Source of the DNA: Sulfuricurvum sp.
Lineage (GTDB): Bacteria; Campylobacterota; Campylobacteria; Campylobacterales; Sulfurimonadaceae
Direction of reading: 5' to 3'
DNA length: 64,000 nucleotides
NCBI RefSeq assembly: GCF_036279695.1
Contig: NZ_DASUIQ010000065.1
Location: forward strand, 52,601-116,600
Within the stretch, counting starts at the first letter, position 1. Each line of letters starts with the position of its first letter. The translations under genes were made by a program, and so were the position numbers. This document shows, in pieces, positions 47,156 to 55,536 of this stretch. Below the pieces are notes generated by a model. It was not told the DNA's origin. It ran no database searches and worked only from the letters and a program-made list of their open reading frames with translations.

Positions 47156-47751
47156 GATTTTAACCCCCGCACAGAGCGTCGAAGCACCGTCCATCCCCCC
47201 ATCAGCGTGGCGATGATCATAATGGCATCAAACCACCCATCAGGCAAAACTCCCAGCCCAAGAGCCAGCGAGAGGGCGCCGATCACAAACGCTCGATCGC
47301 TTTTCCCCATCGGTCCATCATAGCGTCTCACTCCCCCGATGAGTGCTCCCAACACCCCCGCCATTTCTGTGAGGATAGCCATAATAACAAATAACACAAC
47401 CCAAAGTGCCGAGACACCGCCGATCAGAGCAAAAGGGAGATAAAGCGCCGCATCCGAGAGGACATCGCTCATTTCATTCAGCATCGCCCCTGCGTCGCTT
47501 TTCATATCGTGCTCTTTGGCGAGCATCCCATCGATCGCATTAAGCGCCATCCGCACAAACATCACCGCAGGGATAGATAGCAGTGTCCAGAGCGCACCGT
47601 GGGTGAGTGCAACAGCACCCCCCGCGATAAAAGAGAGAGCGAGTGCCGCATAGGTGATTTGATTCGGAGTTGCCCCTAAGCGCGCCAAATTTTGGACTGT
47701 AGGACGAAGAAGATTTTGGAAAGCGGGTTTGAGATCGTAGATGGTCGCCAT
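47152..47751 (-). CDS. ynbA: CDP-alcohol phosphatidyltransferase family protein (YnbA-like), variant motif
   Basis: NAIDGMLAKEHDMKSDAGAMLNEMSD aligns to Dx2DGx2ARx8Gx3Dx3D, with Asn at the first and third Asp positions. 199 aa polytopic protein. Confidence 0.7.
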   Translation of the reverse strand: MATIYDLKPAFQNLLRPTVQNLARLGATPNQITYAALALSFIAGGAVALTHGALWTLLSIPAVMFVRMALNAIDGMLAKEHDMKSDAGAMLNEMSDVLSDAALYLPFALIGGVSALWVVLFVIMAILTEMAGVLGALIGGVRRYDGPMGKSDRAFVIGALSLALGLGVLPDGWFDAIMIIATLMGGWTVLRRSVRGLKS

Positions 47752-47816
47752 ATATATTCCGTCTTAAAAGATGGTGTATTCTAGTGTAAAAAAACAAAAA
47801 ATACTATTTTTTGGGC

Positions 47817-49082
47817 TTAACACTCCGAACTAATGACTTGGTTCCGTCCGTTTGCTTTGGCTTGGTAGAGGGCACGGTCGGCACGTAAGAGAAGATCATC
47901 CATTTTTTGATCGCTTGGGAGGATAGAGGCGACACCGACACTGACAGTAAAAAAGATGGGTTCCTTTTCGGAATAGATGGCTATTTTGGAGGTGCTTTGG
48001 ACGATTCGTTCCGCCAATAGGATACTCTCCTCTAAAGATGTTTCAAACAGCAATGCCGTAAACTCTTCCCCTCCCATCCGTCCGAAAACATCACTTTCAC
48101 GGAGATGCTTTTTACAGTTATCGGCGAATTGTTTGAGTGCCTGATCTCCCACTTGATGCCCGTATGTATCGTTGATCGCCTTAAAATTATCAAGATCGAA
48201 TGACAAAACACAGAGCTCTTTTTGATTTCGTTTTGCCATAACGAAATATTGATCTCCGACATCAAAAAAACTTCGTCGGTTTCGAATGTTGGTGAGGTAA
48301 TCGGTTGTAGCGATATGGGTTAACCCTATGTTGAGTTGTTCGAGTTCTAATGTCCGTTCTTTCACCTCTTGCTCCAGTTGAGCGGCATAGTCGTGTTCGG
48401 CATTTAAAATGATATTTTTTTGTTGATTAAGTTTTTCAATCATCAAATTAAACTTTTTTTGGAGGAGATCAAGCTCGCTGCTTTTAGGAACATTTACACT
48501 GATTTTATGCTGATCGAGATTGTCAAATTCAATGTCGCCGATTTGATTGGTAAGATCGGTAAGGGGTTCAACGAGATTTTTTTGAAATGCCCAAATAAAC
48601 AAAAATAACAATATCACGCTTTTGATCATGGCATTGAGGATTATCAGAATTACCCCTGTTTTGACAATGTCGATAACACTGTTTTGATCGGAGGAGATGA
48701 TCGCTTTTGCTATCACTATTTTTTGCATATTATGTACTTTAAATATGTTAAATTCATGAGAAAAACGGTTGGTTATGTTATGTGCTTGATGATGAGTGAT
48801 AATATTTCCGGAAGGGTCCAAAAGGATGACCTCTTTTACAAATGACAGTTTGGAAATGGAATCGCTCAAACTCTCTATTTGATCCACATCCATATCCCAA
48901 ATAGCATTTTGGAGTGAATTTATATAAGTATTTTCGAGGGAGACTAGATCTTTTTGGACATTGTTTTTGGTATCGTAATATTCAATCATAATCTGAGTAA
49001 TCGTCATGATCAAGGTGATGACAAAATAGATCAAAAATATTTTTTTGAGTAGCTTTACTGATATGGAATTTTTAATAAACAT
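47817..49082 (-). CDS. membrane sensor diguanylate cyclase
   Basis: Two TM helices flank an about 110 aa extracytoplasmic segment. These are followed by a coiled coil and a GGDEF domain (RMGGEEFTAL). The start abuts the stop of the SBP gene. Confidence 0.85.
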   Translation of the reverse strand: MFIKNSISVKLLKKIFLIYFVITLIMTITQIMIEYYDTKNNVQKDLVSLENTYINSLQNAIWDMDVDQIESLSDSISKLSFVKEVILLDPSGNIITHHQAHNITNRFSHEFNIFKVHNMQKIVIAKAIISSDQNSVIDIVKTGVILIILNAMIKSVILLFLFIWAFQKNLVEPLTDLTNQIGDIEFDNLDQHKISVNVPKSSELDLLQKKFNLMIEKLNQQKNIILNAEHDYAAQLEQEVKERTLELEQLNIGLTHIATTDYLTNIRNRRSFFDVGDQYFVMAKRNQKELCVLSFDLDNFKAINDTYGHQVGDQALKQFADNCKKHLRESDVFGRMGGEEFTALLFETSLEESILLAERIVQSTSKIAIYSEKEPIFFTVSVGVASILPSDQKMDDLLLRADRALYQAKANGRNQVISSEC

Positions 49083-50315
49083 CTATTCGGACTTTTTTAA
49101 TATAGTGTTGAGTCTTTTTTCTGCTTTAATCATGACATCATCCACCGAATCATGACTCATCAAAAAATCACTCAAAATCGTAATCATGGCATCATTGCAC
49201 TCTTTGAGTTTGAGATTTTTAGGATAGAGTGCCATATCATGTGCCGATTTAACGTAAACTTTTCTAAAAGGGAGTTTTTTGAACTCTTCTGTTTTTAAAA
49301 CGTTTAGATTGGCGGGAACCTGACCTGAGATCGCCCAGTCATAGGAGTTTTCTGAAATCCATTTGATAAATTCGGCTGAGGCTTTTTGTTTGGACAAATC
49401 ATTGGATTTTAGGATGACAAAAGTATGTGAATCTCCGAAATTGGCACTCTTATCAAAAAGTTTCGGAAACTCAACGACACCAAAATCAAGCTCTTTATTT
49501 TGTTGAAAATTCCACGTCGTCCAAACCCCTGTAATCATTGTTGCTGCTTTGTTAAATTTAAAGAGGTTGTAGCCTTTTTCATCGTGTATCTCTTGATTCC
49601 AAACTTTGGCTTCTCTCATTTTGTAAAAAAAATCAAACGCTTTTTTCCCCGCCGGATTGTTAATGGCTGCTTTGTTGTTGAGTATATACCCTCCGTTTTC
49701 TTGTTGAGAATAGAGACTGTACCAAATCCACCAGTTAAGTACATTGTCGTTTGGGGTAGAGAATGCCACGACATCAGGCGGCAGTGATTTTTGAAGTTTT
49801 TGTAAGAATTCTACGAATCCCTCAATGCCGCTTCTTATGATTGGATTACCGTTTTTATCCAAAAGATGAGCCTGTGCCAAATATTTTTTGTTGAAATACA
49901 TAACTTGTGGATGCATATCCAGAGGGAGAGCATAATGTTTTTGTTCAAATCGGATCGCTTGAATCAAATGGGGGGAAAAATTCTTCCACGGTATCTCATA
50001 AGAATTTAAATCGGCTAAGGCATTTTGATGCACATACCACGGGAGTAGTGATGCGTGAACGATAGCGATATCAGGAGCATTTTTGGTGTGAATATTTTTA
50101 TTTAGAGTGGGGTAATACTCTGCCCATTTTATAATTTTCATCTTAACATTGATGTGTTTATGGGAGGCATTAAACTTATCCACCATCAGTTGCATCGGTC
50201 TGGCATCTCCGCCACTAAAGAGAACCCAATATTTCAGATTAGTGAGTGGTGGTTCATTACCCATCAATCCAACAATGAACAATATTTGAGCGAAAAATAG
50301 TGTAAAAAGCTTCAT
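49083..50315 (-). CDS. orphan periplasmic solute-binding protein (SBP family 1-like)
   Basis: Signal peptide and 410 aa with sugar/polyamine SBP-like sequence. No ABC permease or ATPase genes are adjacent. Confidence 0.7.
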   Translation of the reverse strand: MKLFTLFFAQILFIVGLMGNEPPLTNLKYWVLFSGGDARPMQLMVDKFNASHKHINVKMKIIKWAEYYPTLNKNIHTKNAPDIAIVHASLLPWYVHQNALADLNSYEIPWKNFSPHLIQAIRFEQKHYALPLDMHPQVMYFNKKYLAQAHLLDKNGNPIIRSGIEGFVEFLQKLQKSLPPDVVAFSTPNDNVLNWWIWYSLYSQQENGGYILNNKAAINNPAGKKAFDFFYKMREAKVWNQEIHDEKGYNLFKFNKAATMITGVWTTWNFQQNKELDFGVVEFPKLFDKSANFGDSHTFVILKSNDLSKQKASAEFIKWISENSYDWAISGQVPANLNVLKTEEFKKLPFRKVYVKSAHDMALYPKNLKLKECNDAMITILSDFLMSHDSVDDVMIKAEKRLNTILKKSE

Positions 50316-50388
50316 CTGATTATTCTACCATACGTTTTGCTAAGATTTAATGTATCTTTTCTAACTAAGCAAGTGCTGAGAGGCTCTT

Positions 50389-50397
50389 TGTTATAAT
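50389..50397 (+). promoter_or_regulatory. putative extended -10 box for thrC
   Basis: TGTTATAAT lies 26 nt upstream of the thrC ATG. Confidence 0.35.
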
Positions 50398-50422
50398 CAC
50401 GAAAATTGTATAAAGTGAACCA

Positions 50423-51892
50423 ATGAAATTTATTGAAACACGCGGAAATGACGGAATCCATCCACAACAGGTTACCTTTTCAGAGGCGATTTTAAGTCCC
50501 ATCGCATCGTTCGGCGGATTGTATGTTCCGAGCGAATTGCCCAATCTTGGAGAAGCGTTCCTCTCTAAGCATTTGAACTCCAGTTATAAAGAGCTGGCGA
50601 AAGATTTACTCACAATGCTTGCCATCGATATTGACGGCTCCGTAATCGATGAAGCCCTCTCCCTCTATGATAAATTCGACGATCCGACCAACCCCGTTCC
50701 GGTCGTCAAAGTGCGTGATGATTTGTATGTGAGCGAACTCTATCACGGACCGACCCGTGCGTTCAAAGATATGGCACTTCAACCTTTCGGTGTGGTTCTT
50801 AGCTCTATCGCTCAAAAGCGCGGAGAGGAATATCTGATTCTAGCGGCAACGAGCGGCGATACGGGTCCTGCGGCGTTGGAAACTTTTAAAAACAGAGCGA
50901 ACGTTCGTGTCGCGTGTCTCTATCCTGATGGGGGAACCTCGGACGTTCAGCGCCTCCAAATGGTGACCGAAGATGCCCAAAATCTCAAAGTGATCGGGAT
51001 CAAAGGGGATTTCGATGATGCTCAAAGTGCATTGAAAAAGCTTTTGGGTTCTCAAACGTTCAAAGATGCCCTTAAAGCGAAAAACATTTCCCTCTCTGCG
51101 GCAAATTCGGTCAACTTCGGACGAATTATTTTTCAAATCATCTACCACATCCACAGCTATCTCGAACTGGTTCGCCAAAACGTCATTGCTATGGGTGAGA
51201 AAGTCTATCTCGATGTCCCAAGCGGGAATTTCGGAAATGCTCTTGGCGGGTATTACGCCTATAAAATGGGTCTTCCTGTCGAGAAGATCATTATCGCATC
51301 CAACGAAAATAACGTCCTTACCCGTCTTATCAACACGGGGCGCTATGATTTGCGCGGCGAGCATGTCGTTGCGACCACATCACCTGCGATGGATATTTTG
51401 ATCTCTTCCAATGTCGAGCGTATCTTGTTTGATCTTTTCGGTTACGAGCGAACCAAAGAGCTGATGGCGGGTCTCGAAGCGGAACGTTTCTATGCGTTGA
51501 GCGATAATGAGACGATGAAGCTACAAAGCTTTTTTGCCGCCGATTATTGTAACGGTGCGGAGGGGAAAGGGTATATCAAAGAGGCGTTTGATACGGGCTA
51601 TTTGATGGATCCGCATACGGCGACCTGTTTCAAAGCGTATGACTGCTGTGCCACCAAGCCTCTTAAAACTATCGTTTATTCAACCGCAGAGTGGACGAAG
51701 TTTTCTCCGACGATTGCGAACGCCCTCACGGGTGAAAAGGATGCGAACGACATCGATGCCCTAGCATCCATCTCAAAAACGGCTAAAACACCGATTCCCG
51801 CTATGATCAAAGGGCTGTTCACTAAGCCGATCACACAAAGTACCGTCATTGAAAAAGAGAATATCGAAGCCGAAATCCTTAAGTTTATCTAA
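50423..51892 (+). CDS. thrC: threonine synthase
   Basis: PLP-lysine motif HGPTRAFKDMALQ, long-form ThrC of 489 aa. Confidence 0.92.
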   Translation: MKFIETRGNDGIHPQQVTFSEAILSPIASFGGLYVPSELPNLGEAFLSKHLNSSYKELAKDLLTMLAIDIDGSVIDEALSLYDKFDDPTNPVPVVKVRDDLYVSELYHGPTRAFKDMALQPFGVVLSSIAQKRGEEYLILAATSGDTGPAALETFKNRANVRVACLYPDGGTSDVQRLQMVTEDAQNLKVIGIKGDFDDAQSALKKLLGSQTFKDALKAKNISLSAANSVNFGRIIFQIIYHIHSYLELVRQNVIAMGEKVYLDVPSGNFGNALGGYYAYKMGLPVEKIIIASNENNVLTRLINTGRYDLRGEHVVATTSPAMDILISSNVERILFDLFGYERTKELMAGLEAERFYALSDNETMKLQSFFAADYCNGAEGKGYIKEAFDTGYLMDPHTATCFKAYDCCATKPLKTIVYSTAEWTKFSPTIANALTGEKDANDIDALASISKTAKTPIPAMIKGLFTKPITQSTVIEKENIEAEILKFI

Positions 51893-51909
51893 CCCTATTT
51901 AAGGGTTAG
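51889..51909. terminator. hairpin terminator between convergent thrC and ppk2
   Basis: CTAACCCT-attta-AGGGTTAG followed by CTTTTTGTG on the plus strand. It overlaps both stop codons. Confidence 0.5.
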
Positions 51910-52853
51910 CTTTTTGTGTGGGGCTCTTTATTGTCACTGCGGAGTATTCCGCTCTCCATCAGTTTGATCTCTTCGTCACCCCAAATCAGAATCTTTTTGG
52001 ATGTTTTTAGATCGGGCGGATTTTTGGACGGATATTGAACACTCGATAAGATGTGTTTGATACAGTTGACACGGGCTTTTTTCTTGTTGTCGGATCGGAT
52101 GATGATCCACGGTGCCGTTCCGGTATGGGAAGCTTTTAACATAGAGAGTTTTGCCCCCGTGTATTTATCCCACATATCTTGAGATTTGGCATCGACGGGA
52201 GAGAGCTTGAATTGCTTGAGAGGGTCGGTTTTACGCTCTTTGAACCGTTTGGCTTGTTCAGCTTTGGAGACGGAAAAGTAGAATTTAAAGAGGATGATCC
52301 CTGAGTTGACGAGCATTCGTTCAAACTCGCTGACATGATTCAAAAATTCTTGGTGTTCTTCGGGGGTACAAAATCCCATAACCGGCTCAACGCCTCCGCG
52401 ATTGTACCAACTACGGTCAAAGAGGACGATTTCGCCCGCACTCGGGAGATGTTTGATGTAGCGTTGAAAATACCATTGGGTTTTTTCGACATCGGAAGGT
52501 TTTTCGAGTGCGACGATACGGGCACCGCGAGGGTTGAGATGTTCGGTGATCCGTTTGATCGTCCCCCCTTTGCCTGCCGCGTCACGCCCTTCAAAAATCA
52601 TGAGAATTTTGTGTCCCTCGTCCTTGACGTGGTTTTGGAGTTTGAGAAGTTCGATTTGGAGATTTTTTAGCTCTTTTTCGTATTCCAAAACCGATTGTTT
52701 GACCCAAACGGGGAGTCTCTCTTCGACTTTGCTTCTTTTGCGGCGCTCTTTTTTATTCTCTTCCGGCGTTTTGCGTCGGTCGTCGTGAACGACATCATCT
52801 ATCTTTTCAGCTTCCGTGATCTCAGCTTTTGCCATTGCGCTTTTTGCACCCAT
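51906..52853 (-). CDS. ppk2: polyphosphate kinase 2
   Basis: PPK2 Walker A FEGRDAAGKGGTIKRI. Lys/Arg/Glu-rich N-terminal extension. Confidence 0.9.
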   Translation of the reverse strand: MGAKSAMAKAEITEAEKIDDVVHDDRRKTPEENKKERRKRSKVEERLPVWVKQSVLEYEKELKNLQIELLKLQNHVKDEGHKILMIFEGRDAAGKGGTIKRITEHLNPRGARIVALEKPSDVEKTQWYFQRYIKHLPSAGEIVLFDRSWYNRGGVEPVMGFCTPEEHQEFLNHVSEFERMLVNSGIILFKFYFSVSKAEQAKRFKERKTDPLKQFKLSPVDAKSQDMWDKYTGAKLSMLKASHTGTAPWIIIRSDNKKKARVNCIKHILSSVQYPSKNPPDLKTSKKILIWGDEEIKLMESGILRSDNKEPHTKS

Positions 52854-52876
52854 TCACTGCCCCTTACTTTTTTTGA

Positions 52877-54793
52877 TTATAACGTTGATGAGATTAATTC
52901 GTCAAGTTTTGTTATCTCTTTTGTTGCCGCAAAACATGAATTCTCTCCGCAAATGGTGAATTCTTGAAGCGTTTCATCGTTTTTGAGGAGAACAAAGGGG
53001 TAATTCAGATGGGCAGTTATGTTTGATAGATTCTCTGAGTTGCTTTTGATCAACCGTTGCTCTTTAAGATGGCGGATCACTTCAGCGGTGAGGGTAGGGT
53101 AATAGATCGGTGTTTTCATCAGTTTGAGGGAGACGTATTCGAGGCTTTTAAAGGCGAAACGGCTGTATTTCGGATCGACGAGGAGTCCGAGACTTTGCAG
53201 TGCATTGACCATGACTCCGAGCGCGCTCGGGTAGGTACCATCATCCATCTCGGCTACCGTCGTAAAGGCACCACGGCTGAAATACCATTTCCCCTCTTCA
53301 TAAAAGAGCTCCAACGCTTTGTTGGCATATCGCTGTGCATCGATGAGATAGCGCTCATCAAACGTCGATTGGTATCCTTCGATCAATGCACTGCACAAAT
53401 AGGCGTAATCCTCTAAAAAGGCATCAATTTTTGGTGTTTTATGGATAAGGGTCGAGTGTTTGAGGAACCCGTTTAAAAACATCGTTTCGCTCAGTTTTTC
53501 GAGGGAACGGATCGCTTGCGCTTGGTAGGTGCTGTTCGATTTTCCCAAAACAAACAGCGATTGAATCATCATCGCATTCCATGCCGTGATCACTTTGCGG
53601 TCGATAAAGGGGTAGGTTCTGCTTTGACGTAAAATGCCGAGTTCTCGGCAAAAAGGTTCAAACCATTCAGGACGTTCGTTATTGGAGAGGCGGATGATGC
53701 AGTGCCCCTCGAAATTCCCCCCCCCTGTTGCGCCGATGGAGTGCGCCGCTTCATGGACATTCGAGATCGAGAGCTTTTCGAGTACGGTGATGATCTCATC
53801 GTAGGAGAAGACAAAGTATTTTCCCTCTTCTCCCTCGCTATCGGCATCGCTGGCGCTGTAAAACAGATCATCCTCCATCATAAATTGCATCATGAAATCG
53901 GCGCTCTCTTTAGCGATTTTGAGGTATCGATCATCGCTATACACCATCCCTGCATGGGCATAGAGTTCGCAGAGGAGGGCATTGTCATAGGTCATTTTTT
54001 CGAAATGGGGAACGAGCCACGACTCATCGGTGCTGTAGCGGCAAAATCCGCCGTCCACATGATCGTATAATCCCCCCAACGCCATCGAGTCGAGCGTATG
54101 AGTTATGATTTTTTTGATTTTCTCATCGCTTTGGAGCCGCTCGAGCGTGAGGAGTGTTTTTAGGGTGGAAACATGGGGGAATTTCGGAGATTTGGAAAAT
54201 CCGCCGTTGCTCTCATCGTAGTTGTGCTGAGCTTGGAGGATAAATTGGGTGATGATTTTCTCGTTCAAAACAGTCGCTTGGACACTTTCGTTTTTCGGAC
54301 GCATAAACGCGGTGATCTCATCGGCGTTTTGGAAGAGTTTTTCGTCATTTTGGGCTACTTTTTCGGCGATGATAGCAGTGAGCTCACTGAATCCCATCAT
54401 CTGATTTTGATTATGGGGCGGTATATAGGTAGCGGCATAAAAGGGTTTGTTCTGCGGGGTGGCGAAAATAGAGAGAGGCCATCCGCCGCTTCGTCGGTTG
54501 AGGAGATTATGGAGCTCTTGGTAGTGCTTGTCGATGTCGGGACGCTCTTCCCGATCGACTTTGATGCAGACGAAGTGTTGATTGACGAACTCGGCGATCT
54601 GCGGATTTTCAAATACCTCATGCTCCATCACATGGCACCAGTGGCAGCTGCTGTATCCGATAGAGATAAAGATCGCTTTGTGTTCACGACGGGCTTTTTC
54701 GAACGCTTCGTCGCACCACGGATACCACTCCAGTGGGTTATCTTTATGTTGTTGTAAATAAGGGGAATCTTCGAGGGCGAGTCGGTTGGACAT
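52877..54793 (-). CDS. thioredoxin-domain protein, DUF255 / YyaL (SSP411-like) family
   Basis: SPYLQQH and [12 protein letters not shown] motifs plus a six-hairpin-glycosidase-like C-domain. The ATG at 54793 after GGAG is preferred to the track start at 54829. Confidence 0.85.
   Translation of the reverse strand: MSNRLALEDSPYLQQHKDNPLEWYPWCDEAFEKARREHKAIFISIGYSSCHWCHVMEHEVFENPQIAEFVNQHFVCIKVDREERPDIDKHYQELHNLLNRRSGGWPLSIFATPQNKPFYAATYIPPHNQNQMMGFSELTAIIAEKVAQNDEKLFQNADEITAFMRPKNESVQATVLNEKIITQFILQAQHNYDESNGGFSKSPKFPHVSTLKTLLTLERLQSDEKIKKIITHTLDSMALGGLYDHVDGGFCRYSTDESWLVPHFEKMTYDNALLCELYAHAGMVYSDDRYLKIAKESADFMMQFMMEDDLFYSASDADSEGEEGKYFVFSYDEIITVLEKLSISNVHEAAHSIGATGGGNFEGHCIIRLSNNERPEWFEPFCRELGILRQSRTYPFIDRKVITAWNAMMIQSLFVLGKSNSTYQAQAIRSLEKLSETMFLNGFLKHSTLIHKTPKIDAFLEDYAYLCSALIEGYQSTFDERYLIDAQRYANKALELFYEEGKWYFSRGAFTTVAEMDDGTYPSALGVMVNALQSLGLLVDPKYSRFAFKSLEYVSLKLMKTPIYYPTLTAEVIRHLKEQRLIKSNSENLSNITAHLNYPFVLLKNDETLQEFTICGENSCFAATKEITKLDELISSTL
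53717..53725 (-). repeat. G9 homopolymer (C9 on plus strand) inside the DUF255 gene
   Basis: Counted directly: nine consecutive C at 53717-53725, encoding GGG in ...ATGGGNFEG... It is the longest G/C run I found in the window. Confidence 0.9.
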
Positions 54794-54826
54794 AGGATGC
54801 TCCGTGTAAAATTGCGGGTAGTGTAG

Positions 54827-54859
54827 CATTTACGGCTATGTCTAAGCTGAAAAATATTA
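54827..54859. repeat. 33 bp direct repeat, left copy
   Basis: catttacggctatgtctaagctgaaaaatatta is identical to 55537-55569. Confidence 0.95.
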
Positions 54860-54928
54860 TTTTATCCTCATTCTAAACGAGGAAATAAAATATGCTATAC
54901 TAGTGATAATAAAATATGGGATTTTCAG

Positions 54929-55156
54929 TTGCCGACGTTATTGAATCTAAATGGTTTTAAATTCTTTTTTTATGCAAATGAACATGAACCTAAACATATT
55001 CATGTGATGAAAAATGAAGGGTTTGCAAAGGTTGAATTGGAAAGTTTAACAGTAGTGCAAAACTATTTAAAAGCCAAAGATTTAAAAGTAGCACTTGAAA
55101 TTATCAAAGAAAATAAAAATGAATTTGAAAGGATGTGGGATGAGTGGTTTAATTAA
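54929..55156 (+). CDS. DUF4160-family small protein
   Basis: MPT...GFKFFFYANEHEPKHIHV is the DUF4160 signature. TTG start. Confidence 0.75.
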   Translation: MPTLLNLNGFKFFFYANEHEPKHIHVMKNEGFAKVELESLTVVQNYLKAKDLKVALEIIKENKNEFERMWDEWFN

Positions 55157-55382
55157 AGGGAAAGAAGTCCATTTCGATGATACTTATTTGCATGTCAAGT
55201 TAGAAGATGAGAGAATTATATCTACACCTATCGAATGGTACAAACCACTTAAAAAAGCGACCATATCTCAACTAAAAAACTATAAATTAATTTGCATGAA
55301 TACAGGTATCGAGTGGGAAGAGTTGGATTATCACCTCAATATCGAAAGTATGTTGGAAGTTACCGATAGTAAAGTTGCCTAA
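55140..55382 (+). CDS. DUF2442-family small protein
   Basis: ISTPIEWYKPL...IEWEELDYHLNIESML is DUF2442-like. The ATG at 55140 overlaps the DUF4160 gene end by 17 nt. Confidence 0.7.
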   Translation: MSGLIKGKEVHFDDTYLHVKLEDERIISTPIEWYKPLKKATISQLKNYKLICMNTGIEWEELDYHLNIESMLEVTDSKVA

Positions 55383-55460
55383 ACAAAATTGTAAAAGTGA
55401 AGATTGAATACCTGACCCTGTTTTTCTGTTTTTATTAGACTTCTTGCATAATCTACTTTT

Positions 55461-55523
55461 CCGTTCGTGGTGAGCTTGTCGAACCATGAACAAAACACCC
55501 TTCGACAGGCTCATGGCGAACGG
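55461..55523. repeat. imperfect palindromic (REP/MITE-like) element
   Basis: Arms ccgttcgtggtgagcttgtcgaa and ttcgacaggctcatggcgaacgg pair at 19 of 23 positions, with a 17 nt loop. Translated, the arms give PFVVSLSNHE and FDRLMANG. Confidence 0.6.
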
Positions 55524-55536
55524 TGTTATATTTTCT

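Larger units (their letters stand above)
54860..55536. mobile_element. 677 bp two-gene cassette (DUF4160 + DUF2442) bracketed by 33 bp direct repeats; no recombinase
   Basis: Perfect flanking repeats and AT-rich composition. An imperfect hairpin lies at the left end (54854-54890) and a palindromic element at the right end (55461-55523). The cassette is inserted between the divergent DUF255 and dsbD genes. Confidence 0.4.

Noticed and set aside
54173-54757. 194 aa plus-strand ORF
   Set aside because: It is antisense to the DUF255 thioredoxin-domain gene.
55287-55514. 75 aa minus-strand ORF (MSLSKGVLFMVRQAHHERK...)
   Set aside because: Its 5' part is simply the translated palindromic element and the rest is antisense to the DUF2442 gene. 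It is a classic repeat-derived spurious ORF.
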